Assembly: GCA_963749495.1 (NCBI GenBank)
Contig: CAVVMW010000001.1
Location: forward strand, 128,001 to 192,000
From: an uncultured bacterium
GTDB lineage: Bacteria; Verrucomicrobiota; Verrucomicrobiia; Limisphaerales; UBA8199
DNA: 64,000 nt
Reading direction: 5' to 3'
Shown here piece by piece: positions 37,780 through 50,098 of this stretch (position 1 is its first letter; every line of letters begins with the position of its first letter). Both the position numbers and the translations under genes were made by a program. The notes beneath the pieces were generated by a model. That model was not told the origin of the DNA. It saw only the letters and a program-made list of their open reading frames with translations, and did not search any database.

Positions 37780-39852
37780 ATGAAAAAGCTCAGACAGTTC
37801 ATGTCGGCGGCAGTCATCATCGGCTCGGTTTTGACGACCGCCACGGCAGCGGAATCGTTCTCCGTCCTTCTGCAAAAGGGAATCTTCGCCGAAGAAACGG
37901 AAAGGAACCTCGACGCCGCCATCAAGATCTATCAGCAAATCACCGCGGAAGCGGCCACCAATCGCCCGGTCGTGGCCCAGGCGCAATACCGGCTCGGCGT
38001 CTGCTACCAGAAGAAGGGCAGCAAAGAGCAGGCGATCAGCACGCTCAATGAGCTGCTGAGGCAATTCCCGGCCGAGGCGGCGCTGGGTCAGAAGGCCCGG
38101 GGACTGCTGGCCGAGTTGGGCCAGACACCGCCGAGCAACATCACCATTCGCCAACTTCCACTGACGGCGGACCAGGTCTATGCGGTTTCGACGGACGGGC
38201 GGTTGGTCGCCTACAAGCCCAAGGAGAACTCCAACGTCGCCATTTATGAGACTGCCACCGGCAAAACCTGGACGGCCGTCAAGGGAAACGCCGACCAAGG
38301 CGTCTGGAATGCGCTCATTTCGCCAGATGGCCGCTCGATCGCATACCAGCTTTCAAACTCCAATTTCCTTTACGTCGCCCGGATCAACGGGTCTGAAACG
38401 AAGCAAGTCTGTCAATTTGGCAAATGGTCGGAACCGTGGATCAACGACTGGTCACCGGATAGCGGGCAAGTAATCGTTGACTCTTCGGACGAGAAAGACT
38501 CCAGCGTCACCGCTTTGGACGTCAAAACCGGAACCATGAAAGAAATCAAACGCTGGACGCCCCCCTCACTTTTTTGGAACGTGTGCCTCTCGTCGAACGG
38601 GCGCTACCTGGCCTGTCGGATGGGCCTGGGAAGCGAGAATTGACGGAAAATCACCGTCATCGACTTGCAAACGGCCACCGAAACCACAGTGATCGAAAAG
38701 GGAGTCGGAGACTTGGTGGGCTGGTCTCCTGGAGATGCCAGGCTTGTCTTTTCGAGCGGTCGCACGGGCACTGCGGGATTGTGGGCGATCAGGCTTCGGG
38801 AGGGCAAGCCATCGGGCGAGCCCGAGTTGGTCAAAGCGAATGTGGGGGAGATTTCCACATACGGCATCACTCGCGACGGGAGCATTTATTACACGGAAGC
38901 AAAGTCCTCCGTGTATGTCTATCTGGGGACGGCGAATTTTCAGACGGGAGAGATTTTGGGCCAGCCTCGCCGCGTGACCGACCGATTTCCAGGATTGCAG
39001 AGCAAACCGGCTTGGTCCAGGAACGGACAGAAGTTGATGATATTGGTCCAGGGCGAACGGAAGCGATTTATCGCCGTGTCGCTGGCGTCTGGAGAGCAGA
39101 AGGAGTTTCCGGTTTCGGATACTTTCACGATGCCGCTCCAAGGATATGCCTGGTCGCCAGACGAGGCCTTCCTGTTGGTCCAATCCGGCCACATCCATCG
39201 GTACGAACTGGCTTCTGGAACCACGGAGAGGCTCATTACTCAAGTTGAGGGCGCCTGGAGATGCCACCCCCGGCTCTCGCCGGACGGAAGCGCGCTTTAC
39301 TACGCGCGGCGCAAATTCTCCAAAGACGCTGACAATCGCGATGATTGGAAAGATTCTGTCGTCCGCCGGGATTTGCACTCGGGCAGGGAGGAGATCGTTT
39401 ATGAATCACCGGAAAAGCTTCAAATTTGGTCGCCTTTCGAGCTGTCACCGGACGGAGAGCGCCTGGCCATCGTCACGTCAGACCAGTGGTTTGTAAAGGA
39501 TTTTGTCGCCGCGATCAAGGTGCGAGGGGTGAGCGGCGGCCCCGAGACCAAGGAAGTCGTGCGCATGGCCCCGCGGGAAAATGTAACTTCCCTCGCCTGG
39601 ACTCCGGACGGAAAACAGCTCGTGTACACGAAAGAGCGGGCGAGCAAAGTCGAGGTTTGGGCCACCGCGGTGGATTCGGGTCAATCGGTGGAATTAAAGT
39701 TTTCCCTGCCGCGCATTGGAAACATCAGCATTAACCCTGACGGCCGCCAAATTGCGTTCCTTGCGGGATTATCGGGTGGCCAGGACTTGTGGGTGATGGA
39801 AGGCCTGATGCCCAAAGCGGTCGCGCAAGCGCCCCGCGAAAAGAAAAACTAG
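37780..39852 (+). pseudogene. Secreted TPR + TolB/WD40-like propeller protein with in-frame TGA at 38641
   Basis: Signal peptide, TPR, many SPDG repeats; both ORF pieces are in the same frame. Confidence 0.75.
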
Positions 39853-40072
39853 ATGGGCTCACGCGATGGACGCGCACTGATTGAAGCAACTGCGCCGGTG
39901 GAAACGCTGAGAGGCGCTTGCAGAATTAACCGCAGAGAACGCAAAGAACGCAAAGAGAAGAGAAAAATGAGGCGTTTCTTTGTGATCTCTGCGTTCTTTG
40001 AGGTTCCTTTTGCCAGTGGCTCCAAGGCTTGAACCTTGAACGTCCATCGTCCAACGTTGGACGGCGAACCAC

Positions 40073-40275
40073 AGGGCCCTTGACAAAGTCGCTCGGCGCG
40101 CCTGGGCGCCAGGGGCGCCAGCGTAGCGCAGGTTTTCAAACCTGCTGTATCACGGGTTTCCAAACCCGCAGGCCGTCCGCAAACCGGGGGCGCTCGACAT
40201 GCCGACGCCCAGCCGATTGGAAATCGGCGACACAGCAGGTTTGGAAACCTGCGCTACGATTTTGTCAACGGCCCT
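40073..40275. mobile_element. MITE-like element: 15-bp terminal inverted repeats enclosing a family C REP
   Basis: AGGGCCCTTGACAAA / TTTGTCAACGGCCCT (14/15); inner GTAGCGCAG...CTGCGCTAC at 40123-40257. Confidence 0.6.
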
Positions 40276-40369
40276 CAGGCGAACGAAAAGCGGCTGCGCA
40301 AGTGTATTGAGTTGGGAGTTTCGATATGCCATTTTCGACCTCGGACGCTCGTTTCGTCCATAACCAGAA

Positions 40370-42330
40370 TTGAAAAGGCCGTTCAAAGACTTCAGCACCG
40401 GGGATCATAGCACGGCCTCCACGTTTGCCGCGCTGGTGCTGGTCGCGTTGGTGTCAGCGGCCTGTGTCTTGTGGTTCATGACCGTGGCGATGCGCAACGA
40501 ACGGCTGGCGGTGCAGGGACGGCTCACGGACGTCTATCTCACCCACGTGGCCTCGCTCCAGCGCCAACTGACAGCGTTTTGGAAAGGCCGGCAAGACGCT
40601 CTGGAATCGGCCGGGAAGGGTCCGCCCGCGGAGAGGTTCGCTGCCGTCGTTCGCTCCAACCTGGCCGACAGCGTGGTGGTCTATGATCGCTTGGGGAAGG
40701 TGATTTATCCCTCGTCGGCGGGCCTCGAGACGCCAACGGAAGAGACGGGCGACTGGGCGCCGGCGCGAGAACTGGAGTTTCAGCAGACCAATTACCTGGC
40801 CGCAGCCACAGCCTACGGGCGCATCGCCCAAGCGAGCCAGGACATTCACGCCAAAGCCAGGGCCCGGCAGTCGCAAGCGGGCTGTCTCTTGAAGGCGGGG
40901 CGGAAAGAGGAAGCGCTTGCATGCCTGGCGGCATTGGCCGGCGATTCGGGCCTGCGGCAAGCCATCAGCGCGCAGGGCGCGCTGATCGTGCCCAACGCGC
41001 AGTTGCTAATCCTGAAATTATCGGTTCCTGCCGCTGAGGGGTCGAGTTCACGGTCCACTGGGTTGGGTGCGCTGCGGCGGCAGACGCTTGACGATTTGGT
41101 GCAACGACTCAATGACTATGGTGACGCCGGCCTTTCTTCGAGCCAGCGTCGTTTCCTGATGGAAGAACTGAAGGGGTTGGCGCCCAATGCCGCCGCTTTC
41201 CCTACGCTGGCGGCCGAGGAACTGGCGGCCGAGTATTCGGAGCATAACGCCGCGCTTCCGACGGAGCCAAACTGCAACGGGCGCCGCTGGCCAAGGTGTG
41301 GCGGCTGATCACAGTTGACCGTTCCTTGGTGGCGCTGTTTCGCGAAGGGCGCCTGAAAGCGGAACTGGCGGCATTGGCCGATTCCCTCGCGCTGCCCGAC
41401 CTCCGCGTGACCGTGCTGCCGCCGGGCGAGACCTTCGCCGCGAGCAGACCCGTGGCGCCACAAGAAGCCAGCGAGTTCTTGCCGGGTTGGCGTTTGGGGC
41501 TCAGTTTCAAGGAGAGCGATCCGTTTGCGACCCTGTCCGCGCGCCAAACGCGGTTTTACCTCTGGACCGGCTTTCTGGTGGTGCTGATCATCGCGATGGT
41601 GGCCTTGCTGGTGGCCCGGTACGTGGCCGCGCAAATGCGCCTCGCACGGCTAAAAAACGAGCTGGTCTCCGCCGTATCGCACGAGTTGAGAACACCGCTC
41701 GCCTCCATCCGCGCGCTGGTGGACACGTTGTCGGCCCGGCGGTATCGCGACGAGCAGCAGCTCCACGACTATCTGCGCCTCATCTCGAAGGAAAACCAGC
41801 GGCTCAGTCATCTGATCGAGAATTTCCTGGCGTTCTCCCGCCTCGAGCGTGGCAACCATCGGTTCCGTTTCGAGGAATTGGCGCCCGAGGCCATTGTCCG
41901 CGACGCCGTGGAGAGCCTAAAGGACAGGCTCGAATCGCCCCAGTGCCACTTTGAAACCCAGGTCGGACCCAACCTGCCCCACATCCGCGGCGACGCCGAT
42001 GCGCTCTCGACAGTCTTGATCAACCTTCTGGACAATGCCTGCAAATACACGGACGATGAGAAGCACATTTGCGTGCGCGCCTACGCCGAGCGGCGGCACG
42101 TTTGCTTCGAAGTGCAAGACAACGGCATCGGTCTGAGCCGGAACGAGGCGAACCGCGTGTTCGATCGCTTCTATCAGGTCGATCAGACTCTGAGCCGCCA
42201 GCGGGGCGGCTGCGGCTTGGGCCTGAGCATCGTGCAATCCATCGTTCGTGTTCATGGCGGCCAAATCGCGGTCCAAAGCGAGCCTGGCAAAGGCAGCGTG
42301 TTTCGGGTGAAAATACCTTGTGCCGGCTGA
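40370..42330 (+). CDS. Sensor histidine kinase (frameshift near 41267)
   Basis: TM helices, VSHELRTPL, NLLDNACKY, DNGIG, FYQV, GLGLSI; start uncertain. Confidence 0.88.
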
Positions 42331-42334
42331 CACC

Positions 42335-43015
42335 ATGAAAGGCGAGAAGATCCTCATCATCGAAGATGACCCGACGCTCCAGCGCGTTCTGCGCGATAAC
42401 TTTGAATTCATGGGGTGCCTGGTGAGTGTGGCCGGCGATGGGAAAACGGGCTGGCAATCCGTGCAAACCTGCCAGCCCGGCCTGGTGATCCTGGATGTGA
42501 TGCTGCCCGGGATCAATGGCTTCGACCTCTGCCGCCGTCTGCGCGCCGAGGGCTTCGCCAAGCCGATCATCATGCTCACCGCCAAAGGACAGGAATCCAA
42601 CATCGTCCTGGGTTTAAACGTGGGCGCCGACAATTACGTCACCAAGCCGTTCAGCATTGACGTGCTGTTGGCCCGGGCCAAGGCCTGCCTGCGCCGCCGC
42701 GCAAATCAAGGGCCGGTGGTGGCGGAATTCGGCGATTGCAGGCTGGACCGGACTTCGCACAAGCTCTATCGCAAAGCGCGGGAGGTCGAGCTTGCTCCCA
42801 AGGAGTTTCGCCTGCTGGATTACTTCCTCAAAAACGCCGGCCGCGCCCTCACTCGCCGGAAAATCCTGGACGATGTGTGGGGACAAGACTTCATCGTCAC
42901 GGAGCGCAGCGTGGATCGCTGCATCAATACGCTGCGGAACAAGGTCGAACCCGATCCACAGCACCCGGCCTTCATCCAAACCATCCGCGACGTCGGCTAC
43001 CGCTTCGAGGCCTAG
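42335..43015 (+). CDS. OmpR/PhoB-family response regulator
   Basis: IIEDD, LDVMLP, MLTAK, KPF; winged helix ..TIRDVGYRF. Confidence 0.92.
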   Translation: MKGEKILIIEDDPTLQRVLRDNFEFMGCLVSVAGDGKTGWQSVQTCQPGLVILDVMLPGINGFDLCRRLRAEGFAKPIIMLTAKGQESNIVLGLNVGADNYVTKPFSIDVLLARAKACLRRRANQGPVVAEFGDCRLDRTSHKLYRKAREVELAPKEFRLLDYFLKNAGRALTRRKILDDVWGQDFIVTERSVDRCINTLRNKVEPDPQHPAFIQTIRDVGYRFEA

Positions 43016-43068
43016 CCTGCGGCCCCTCTGGTGATCGGTCAGTGAAGGCGGAGGCGGAGTCCCCGGCG

Positions 43069-43220
43069 GACCCCTCACCCCAACCCTCTCCCCATCGGAT
43101 GGGGAGAGGGGGAGTTCTTGGTGGCGCTTAGAGGAAGCGGAGACGCCTGGGAGCTCCCGAGACTGCCGACGCTCCCCCCTCCCCCCTTCGGAAGGGGAGA
43201 GGGCCGGGGTGAGGGGTCTG
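43069..43220. repeat. Family D REP inverted pair
   Basis: GACCCCTCACCCCAACCCTCTCCCC...GGGGAGAGGGCCGGGGTGAGGGGTC. Confidence 0.8.
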
Positions 43221-43306
43221 CCCCCGCGACACTCCCGGGCCGATTTGCATTCCGCCAATCCAGTGGCATAGATAAGAGGTGGCCATAGGCAAATAAAGGA
43301 GTTGTT

Positions 43307-44008
43307 ATGCCGGAAAGCTGTGCGTCTTTTTGTTGCAGCCCCCAGCACACCTGGCGCCCGAGCCGGCGGGAGTTCGTGTTTGTGGGACTGGTTGGCAGCG
43401 TCGGGTTGACGCTGGGGCAGTTGTTCAAGCTGCAAGCGGCGGCGGCGCCCGCCAAGGCCCGGGCGCAGTCGGTCATCAATATCTTCCTGCCGGGGGGGAT
43501 GGCGGCGCAGGAGTCATTCGACCCGAAGCTGCTGGCCCCGATCGAGTATCGCGGGCCGCTGGGGGCGGTGAAGACGAAGCTGGAGGGGGTCTATTTCTCG
43601 GAGGTGCTGCGGCAGACGGCCGGGGTGGCGGACAAGCTGTGCGTGGTGCGTTCCATGACGCACGGTGAGGCGGACCACGACCGGGGCACGCACAACATGT
43701 TCACGGGCTGGCGGCCCAGCCCGGCCGTGCTCTACCCGAGCATCGGCAGTATCGTGTCGCACGAGTTGGGGCCGCGCAACGACCTGCCGCCTTACGTCTG
43801 CATCCCGAGCCAGCCGACCGCCTTTGCCGGGACCGGTTTCCTGGGTTCGGCCTGCGGGCCGTTCAGTCTCGGGGCCGACCCGGCCGTGGGCAACTTCAGG
43901 GTCCGGGACTTGAGCCTGCCCGGCGGGGTGGACGAGAAGCGGTTTGCGCGGCGCCGCGAGATGCGCGCGGCCGTGGATGCCCACTTCACCTGCAGGACCC
44001 GTTCCTGA
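43307..44008 (+). pseudogene. DUF1501 protein, C-terminally truncated
   Basis: SRREF Tat motif, IFLPGG..QESFDPK, VVRSM.H...H, YPSIGS, LPPYV; breaks near 43990. Confidence 0.8.
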
Positions 44009-46443
44009 GCGTGGCCGCGCCCCGGGACGGCCGCTACATCCTCCAACTGCGCGAGGCCATCTTTGGAGGCGGGGCCGATTGCCACTACCGCCTCCATATC
44101 GGGACGTTCCCGCGTCCGGCGGCGGTCTTTCCATTGGGGGGCAAGGCGGGCGAAAGGCTCGATGTGGCCTGCCTGGGCCAAGCCACGGGTTGCTTTACGC
44201 AATCGGTGAAGCTCCCCCAGACGCCGCAAGACAAATTCGGTTTCTTCGCGGAGCTGGAGGGGCGGCCGGCGCCCTCGCCAAACTGGCTGCGCGTTTGCCC
44301 ATTTCCCAATGTGGTGGAGGCCCCGCCCAACCAGGACCGGGGGCACGCAACGGCGACCGCCTTGCAGCCGCCGCTGGCGCTCAACGGGATCATTTCCCGC
44401 CCTGGCGAGGAGGACTGGTTCCGGTTTCCCGCAACCCAGGGCGCGGCCCTCGAGGTGAGCGTCTTCGCGCGGCGCCTGCGCTCGCCGCTCGATTCGGTGC
44501 TCGACGTGTTCGACGCCAGGGGCCAGTGGATTGCCGGCAACGACGATGCGGCCGGGACCGACAGCGTGCTGCGGTTCACGCCGGCCGAGACGACCAACTA
44601 TTTCGTGCGGGTCCGGGACACGCTGGGCCAGGGCGGGAACGAGTTTGTCTATCGCGTCGAGATTGGCCCGGTGCAGCCGGGGATCGGGGTCAAGATCCCG
44701 GAGGTGGCGCGCAACGACACACAGTCGCGGCAGTGCATTGTCGTGCCGCGCGGCAATCGTTTTGCCACGCTCATTGCCGCCCGGCGCGCGGACTTTGCCG
44801 GCGAATTGGTCTTCGAGGTCGAGGGCCTGCCCCCGGGCGTGCGGCTGCTGGCTGGGCCCATGGCGGCCAACATCGACGCGATGCCGCTGGTCTTCGAGGC
44901 CGCCCCGGACGCGCCCATCGGGGCCAGGCTGCTGGACCTGACGGCAACCTGGACCAACGGCTCAGACCGCGTCCTGGGCAAGTTCGGGCAGGAGGTGGAG
45001 CTGGTCGAGGGGCCGAACAATTCGACCTACTACAGCACGAGCGTGGACAGGTTGTGCGTCGCGGTGACGCGCGAGGCCCCGTTCAAACTGCGGCTCGTCG
45101 AGCCCAAGGTGCCGCTGGTCCAGGCCGGTTCGATGCAGATCGAGGTTGTCGCCGAGCGCGCGCCCGGATTCGACGAACCGATCGAGGTCCAGATGGTCTG
45201 GAACCCGCCGGGGGTCAGTTCGCAGTCCGAGGCCACCATCCCCAAGGGCGCCACCAACGTCTTCTATCGCCTCGATGCCGCCGGGGGCGCGCAGACGCGG
45301 TCCTGGAAGCTCGTCGCGCTGGGCCACGCCACGGTCCAAGGCGGTCCGCTCTATGTTTCGTCGCAGCCGGCGGCGCTCGAAGTGGCCGGGCCGTTCCTGA
45401 CCGGCAAGATCGAAACCTTGTGGCTGAACCCGGGCAAGACCGGCAAACTCGCCGTGAATCTCCAGCAGGCCAATATAGCCAGGCTCAGCCAGGCCACGCT
45501 CTGGCCGGTGGCCGACGGGAAGACCGAATTGCGGGTCGAGTTCGAGGGCCGCGCGGTGACGGTCCCCCTCACGGTCTCGAACGCGTCCCTCCGGCCGCCG
45601 ATCAGCTTCAGGCTGGACGTGATGCCCGTGTTCACCAAGGCCGGTTGCAATGCCGGCTCCTGCCATGGCACGTCGCGGGGCAAAGACGGTTTTCATCTCT
45701 CGCTCTTCGGGTTCGACCCGGACGGGGATTACTACCGGCTCACGCGCGAGCAGGTGGGCCGGCGCCTCAACCTGGCCCTCCCGGAGGAGAGCCTGATCGT
45801 GCAGAAGGGCCTGGGCGCGGTGCAGCACACCGGCGGCGTGCGTTTCGGCACCAACAGTGCCCTCTGCCAGAGCCTGGTGGAGTGGCTGGCGGCCGGCGCC
45901 CCGGCAGACCCGCCCGCGCTCGCCGGCCTTGCGGGCATCGAGATCTTCCCCAAAGACGCCGTCCTGGAAGGCTCCAATTCCATCCAGCGGTTCATCGTGC
46001 GCGCCCGCTACTCGGACGGGACCGAGCGCGACGCGACGCCGCTGGCCGTGTTCCTGAGCAACAACGACGTGACGGCGCGCGTGGCTGAGGACGGCACCGT
46101 GATGGCCGGGCAGCGGGGCGAGGCCTTCATCCAGGCGCGCTTCGGCGAGTTCAATGTCGGCGCGCAGGTAATCGTCATTCCGAAAGACCTTCCTTATCAT
46201 TGGCCCAATCCGCCCGCCCGCAATTACGTTGATGAGGCGGTTTATGCCAAGCTCAAGAAGCTCCGGCTGACGCCATCGGAGGAGTGCGGAATGCGGAGGA
46301 CCGAGGGCGGAGGACGGAGGACCGAGGGCGGTCGCAGTCAATGCGGCGCTCGTCCTGCGGTCCCTTTTGTCCCATTTGTCCCTTCACACCGCCGTTCCCA
46401 GGATCGAGCGCGCCCTGAAACCGATACGAGATTCCGTTCTTAA
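43990..46443 (+). pseudogene. Fusion of a PPC-domain protein fragment and an Ig/DUF1549-type fragment
   Basis: LRSPLDSVL, NDDAAG (PPC); junction near 45470; SFRLDVMPVF.KAGCNAGSCHG, NYVDE.V..KL..L...PS; truncated at a 7-mer repeat near 46285. Confidence 0.7.
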
Positions 46444-46566
46444 CGCTCCGTTCTAAGGGAAGAGTTTCGAGCAGGCTTGCAATAACTCCACCACGCGCTT
46501 ACAGTGCCCCCGACTCGACTCGACTCGGCCGGCTGCAGAACAACCCAGCGCCCGAGCCTCCGTGCA

Positions 46567-48631
46567 ATGACCTGGAACAACCAAGCAGCAACGGAGAGCC
46601 AACCCGCTCCTGAGGCGGGCTTGGGCCGGCAGTCTCAACATCCAGAGACATCCCCATCTGCCCCCCCGGGTGGAGCTGGCGCCGGCCGGAAGGCGGAGCT
46701 GGCTATCCGCCGGAGGTCCGTGCTCACCCAGGTCGGTGACAAGGAGGCGGAGACCCAGGTGTTCACCGTGACGCTCGGGGACGAGACGATTCGAGTTGCT
46801 GCCCTTCAGGAACTGGGGCCAATTGGATGTTTATAAGTGGGGGATGCGGGGAAAGCTGCCTGGGACACCGGCCGGGCTGGACATTTCCCCCGACCATGTG
46901 AAGCTGCTGGGCGAAACCGTCTCGACCAACGACCCCGAGGGGTGCGCGAAACTGGAGAAGGTTTTCACGGAGTGGCTCGTCCTGGAACGAGAGAACCTCG
47001 AGCTGGCCCGGAAGAAGGCCCATGTCAAGCCGGCGGCGGCGGCAGCCCAAGCCGCGCGCCCGGCTGAGCCGCAGGTGCTGCACTTCCATGTGGAACAGGA
47101 CAAGGCCGGACAGGTTCACGTCCTGTGTCTCCAGGGCAAGGAACAGGTCGCAGCCATCGGCCTGAATCTGCCCGGCTTCAACGGCCTGTTCAGCTCGGGA
47201 TTGATGCGCAAGCCTCGAGCCATGCAGGTGGGCGTGATGCACGATTGGGTCGAACTGGACGGCGTGCTCTTTAGTTTCGAGCGGGGCAACAATGACTCGA
47301 GCAAGCTCGAGAAGGCGCTCAACGAGAAATACCTCCCGGAGAGCGCCCTGGGCCGGGGCAAGGACATCGTGGTCTTTGCCAACGCGGCCTCCTCGACGGG
47401 GTTTGACATCCAGTTCCCGATTACGCAGGCCGGCGCGTTGGAGAATCGGAAGCGGCCGTTGAACGAGGAGACGCTGGTGCTGTTGCAGGACTCGAACGCG
47501 TGCGGCCTGTTGCACAAGCAGATCGTGATCAAACTCTCGCGCCCGTGCCTGGTGTTCAAGCAAAAGACCCCCGACGGCGGCGAACGCTACCTCGAGCGCT
47601 GCCCGGAGAACACGGTGAGCCTCAAGAGCGAAGATGGCCGGGAGAAAGTCATCGACCTGAGCCAGCCGGTGAATTACCTGCGGCTGGGTCCGCTCGAGCT
47701 GACGGCGGTCTTCAATCACCCTTCGATAAACCAGCACAGCAAGGCCGCCCCAGTCCCGGCAGCCGGGACGGGCGAGGGCCTCGCGCAGCCTGCGCCGGCG
47801 GCCGAACCGGACGGCGCCAGCCAGGAAAAGGGCGTTGCGCTCCAAGCCCAAGGGGGCGTCCTGGCGCCCGCGCCGGAGCCGGCACAGGCCCCGCCCACAC
47901 CCCCACTTGAGGAGGAGGCCAGTCCGCCTGAGCCGGACCCGGTCCCGGTCGAGGCCTCGGCCTCGTCTGGAGAGCCGGGACTCGTTGCGCCGGCCCCGGC
48001 CGCGGAGCCGCCCGCTGAGGTCCAAAGGCCCGCTGCCCCGCCCGAGCCGGAAGCCCAGGCCAAACCTCTGCCCAATGCCTGGCTTGGAGAGGTCCTGGCC
48101 CGGCAACCCATCAGGCATGATTGGTTCGTCTGCCTGGTCTATGGCGTGATTGCCGAGAGATACGGCAACTCCAATGAAGGCAGGTTCGGGCTGAGCGCCT
48201 GCTGGTACGCTGCCATGGGCGACATCCAGGACATAGACGATCCGCTGTTCCTCGGGTTCTTTCTCACGGAAAAGCGCGGGCTGGGCTATCTCAATCAAGG
48301 CCGTCTGGCGCGCTTTTCCAACGGGGTCGCCATTCTCGGCACACAGGAGACGGCCATCGAGGCCATCGGCGTGAACCTCGTTGGAGTGGGCCTGGATGTC
48401 CGGCAGCGCGTTATCTTCGTCGTGACCGACAATTATCGCGGCAAATTCGGCCTCCCGGAACAGGCCGTCTCACTGGAGTTGGCCAAGTTGAGAGAGTATG
48501 GCGCCGTCATCCTGGGCATCAAAGAACTCCTGCAAAGCCCCGAGCCGATCGAGGTCCTCTGGACCGTCCCGGCACAACAGGAGAACCCGGCAGACCCTCA
48601 GGTCCTCGAGAGCACGCCGCCGGGGGCGTGA
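46567..48631 (+). CDS. Hypothetical protein with Pro/Ala/Glu-rich linker (probable frameshift near 46790)
   Basis: Two overlapping ORFs that join as ETI-ELLPFRNW. Confidence 0.6.
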
Positions 48632-48654
48632 GAGCGTCTGGGGCGCGGGAAGTG

Positions 48655-49012
48655 TCGCGCGTCGCGTAGAGACCGCTGACGGCCTCGCCCTTTTCAGGCG
48701 TCGCTACGCAACGCGGTCGAGCTTGGGCCATTGGTCCGTGGACTGGAAGTCCACGGCTACCATCGGGCGCGGCTACGCGGTGAGCCGGACGCAGCGCGCG
48801 CGTCGCGGAGCAACGCAGTGAAGGTAGCCGTGGACCTCGGTCCACGGGTTGGGGGGTGGGAAGGGTCGCGCGTCGCGTAGCGACGCCCGACAGCTTCGCA
48901 CTGCGCCATAGATTCCAGCTTTCAGGCGTCGCTACGCGACGCGGTCGAGCTTGGGGCATGGGTCCGTGGACTGGAAGTCCACGGCTACCATCGGGCACCG
49001 CTACGCGGTGAC
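48655..49012. repeat. Tandem family A REP elements, inverted orientation
   Basis: CCGTGGACTGGAAGTCCACGGCTACCATCGGGC occurs twice. Confidence 0.85.
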
Positions 49013-49032
49013 CAGCGATAATCTTCAACCCG

Positions 49033-49863
49033 ATGAACAGCGAACTGGCAGGCAAGGTCGTGGTCATCACCGGCGCCTCCGGCGGCATCGGCTCGGCCAT
49101 GGCAAGGAAATTCGCCGGTGAAGGCGCCCGGCTCGTGCTCCATTACCACCGCAACCGGGCGGGGGCGGCGGCGTTGCGCCGCGAGTTGGAGGGCGTCGAG
49201 TCCCTGGCCGTGGGGGCGGACCTGGCGAAGGAGGCTGGCGCCCGGGGCCTTTTGGCCAGGGCGGTGGAGCGGTTTGGCCGCGTTGACACGCTGGTGGCCA
49301 ACGCCGGGGCGTGGGAGACGCGCAACGTTGCGCTGGCCCGGATGTCGTTGCGCCAGTGGCGGCGCACACAGGAGGGCGTCCTGACCACGGCCTTTCTGAG
49401 CTTGCGCGAGTTCCTGCGGCTGGCCGCCCGCCAGGGGCGCGGCAACGCCGTGCTCATCGGCTCGACCGCCGCCCTCTTCGGCGAGGCGGGCCACGCCGAT
49501 TATGCCGCCGCCAAGGCCGCCCTGGCCTACGGCTTGACCCGCTCGCTCAAAAACGAATTCGCCCGCCTGGCCCCGCACACGCGCGATTACTGCGGCGGAC
49601 GCATCAATTGCATTTGCCCCGGCTGGACCGTTGTTCCGCGCCTGGCCGCCAAACTCGGCGACGCCCGCGTGATCCGCAAGACCCTCGCCACCATGGCCTT
49701 GCCCCAACTGGCCCGGCCCGAGGACATCGCCAACGCCGCCGTCTTCCTCTCCTCCGACGCCCTGGCCCGGCATATCACCGGGCAGGTGCTCGTCATCGCC
49801 GGCGGCATGGAAGGCCGCTGGCTCTGGCAACCGGACGAAATCGACCCCGCCGCGGCGGGATAG
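49033..49863 (+). CDS. SDR-family oxidoreductase
   Basis: TGASGGIG, NAG, YAAAK. Confidence 0.92.
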   Translation: MNSELAGKVVVITGASGGIGSAMARKFAGEGARLVLHYHRNRAGAAALRRELEGVESLAVGADLAKEAGARGLLARAVERFGRVDTLVANAGAWETRNVALARMSLRQWRRTQEGVLTTAFLSLREFLRLAARQGRGNAVLIGSTAALFGEAGHADYAAAKAALAYGLTRSLKNEFARLAPHTRDYCGGRINCICPGWTVVPRLAAKLGDARVIRKTLATMALPQLARPEDIANAAVFLSSDALARHITGQVLVIAGGMEGRWLWQPDEIDPAAAG

Positions 49864-49899
49864 AGCAGCTCAGCAAGGGCGCAACCACGCACCGCTCCC

Positions 49900-50010
49900 G
49901 GAGTGCGCCCGTCCTCGGGCGCAGCGACGTCCGCAGCCAGGGCAACGGTCAAGTACTCCGGCGCGGCTGCCCGCTCCGTCGCTGCTGCGCCCGGGGACGG
50001 GCGCACTCCA
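49900..50010. repeat. REP-like inverted repeat
   Basis: GAGTGCGCCCGTCCTCGGGCGCAGC...GCTGCGCCCGGGGACGGGCGCACTC. Confidence 0.75.
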
Positions 50011-50098
50011 GGGGGCAGCGAGTGGATGCGCGCCATCGGAAAAAGAGCCGAGAACCGCGCTTGCCAAATTGGCGAGTTTTCTTCATCATGAGAGCGAT

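Noticed and set aside
38641..38643. Selenocysteine recoding
   Set aside because: Non-redox propeller protein; no evident Cys-type position or SECIS hairpin
48655..49012. CRISPR-like array
   Set aside because: Nested palindromic REP units identical to dispersed copies
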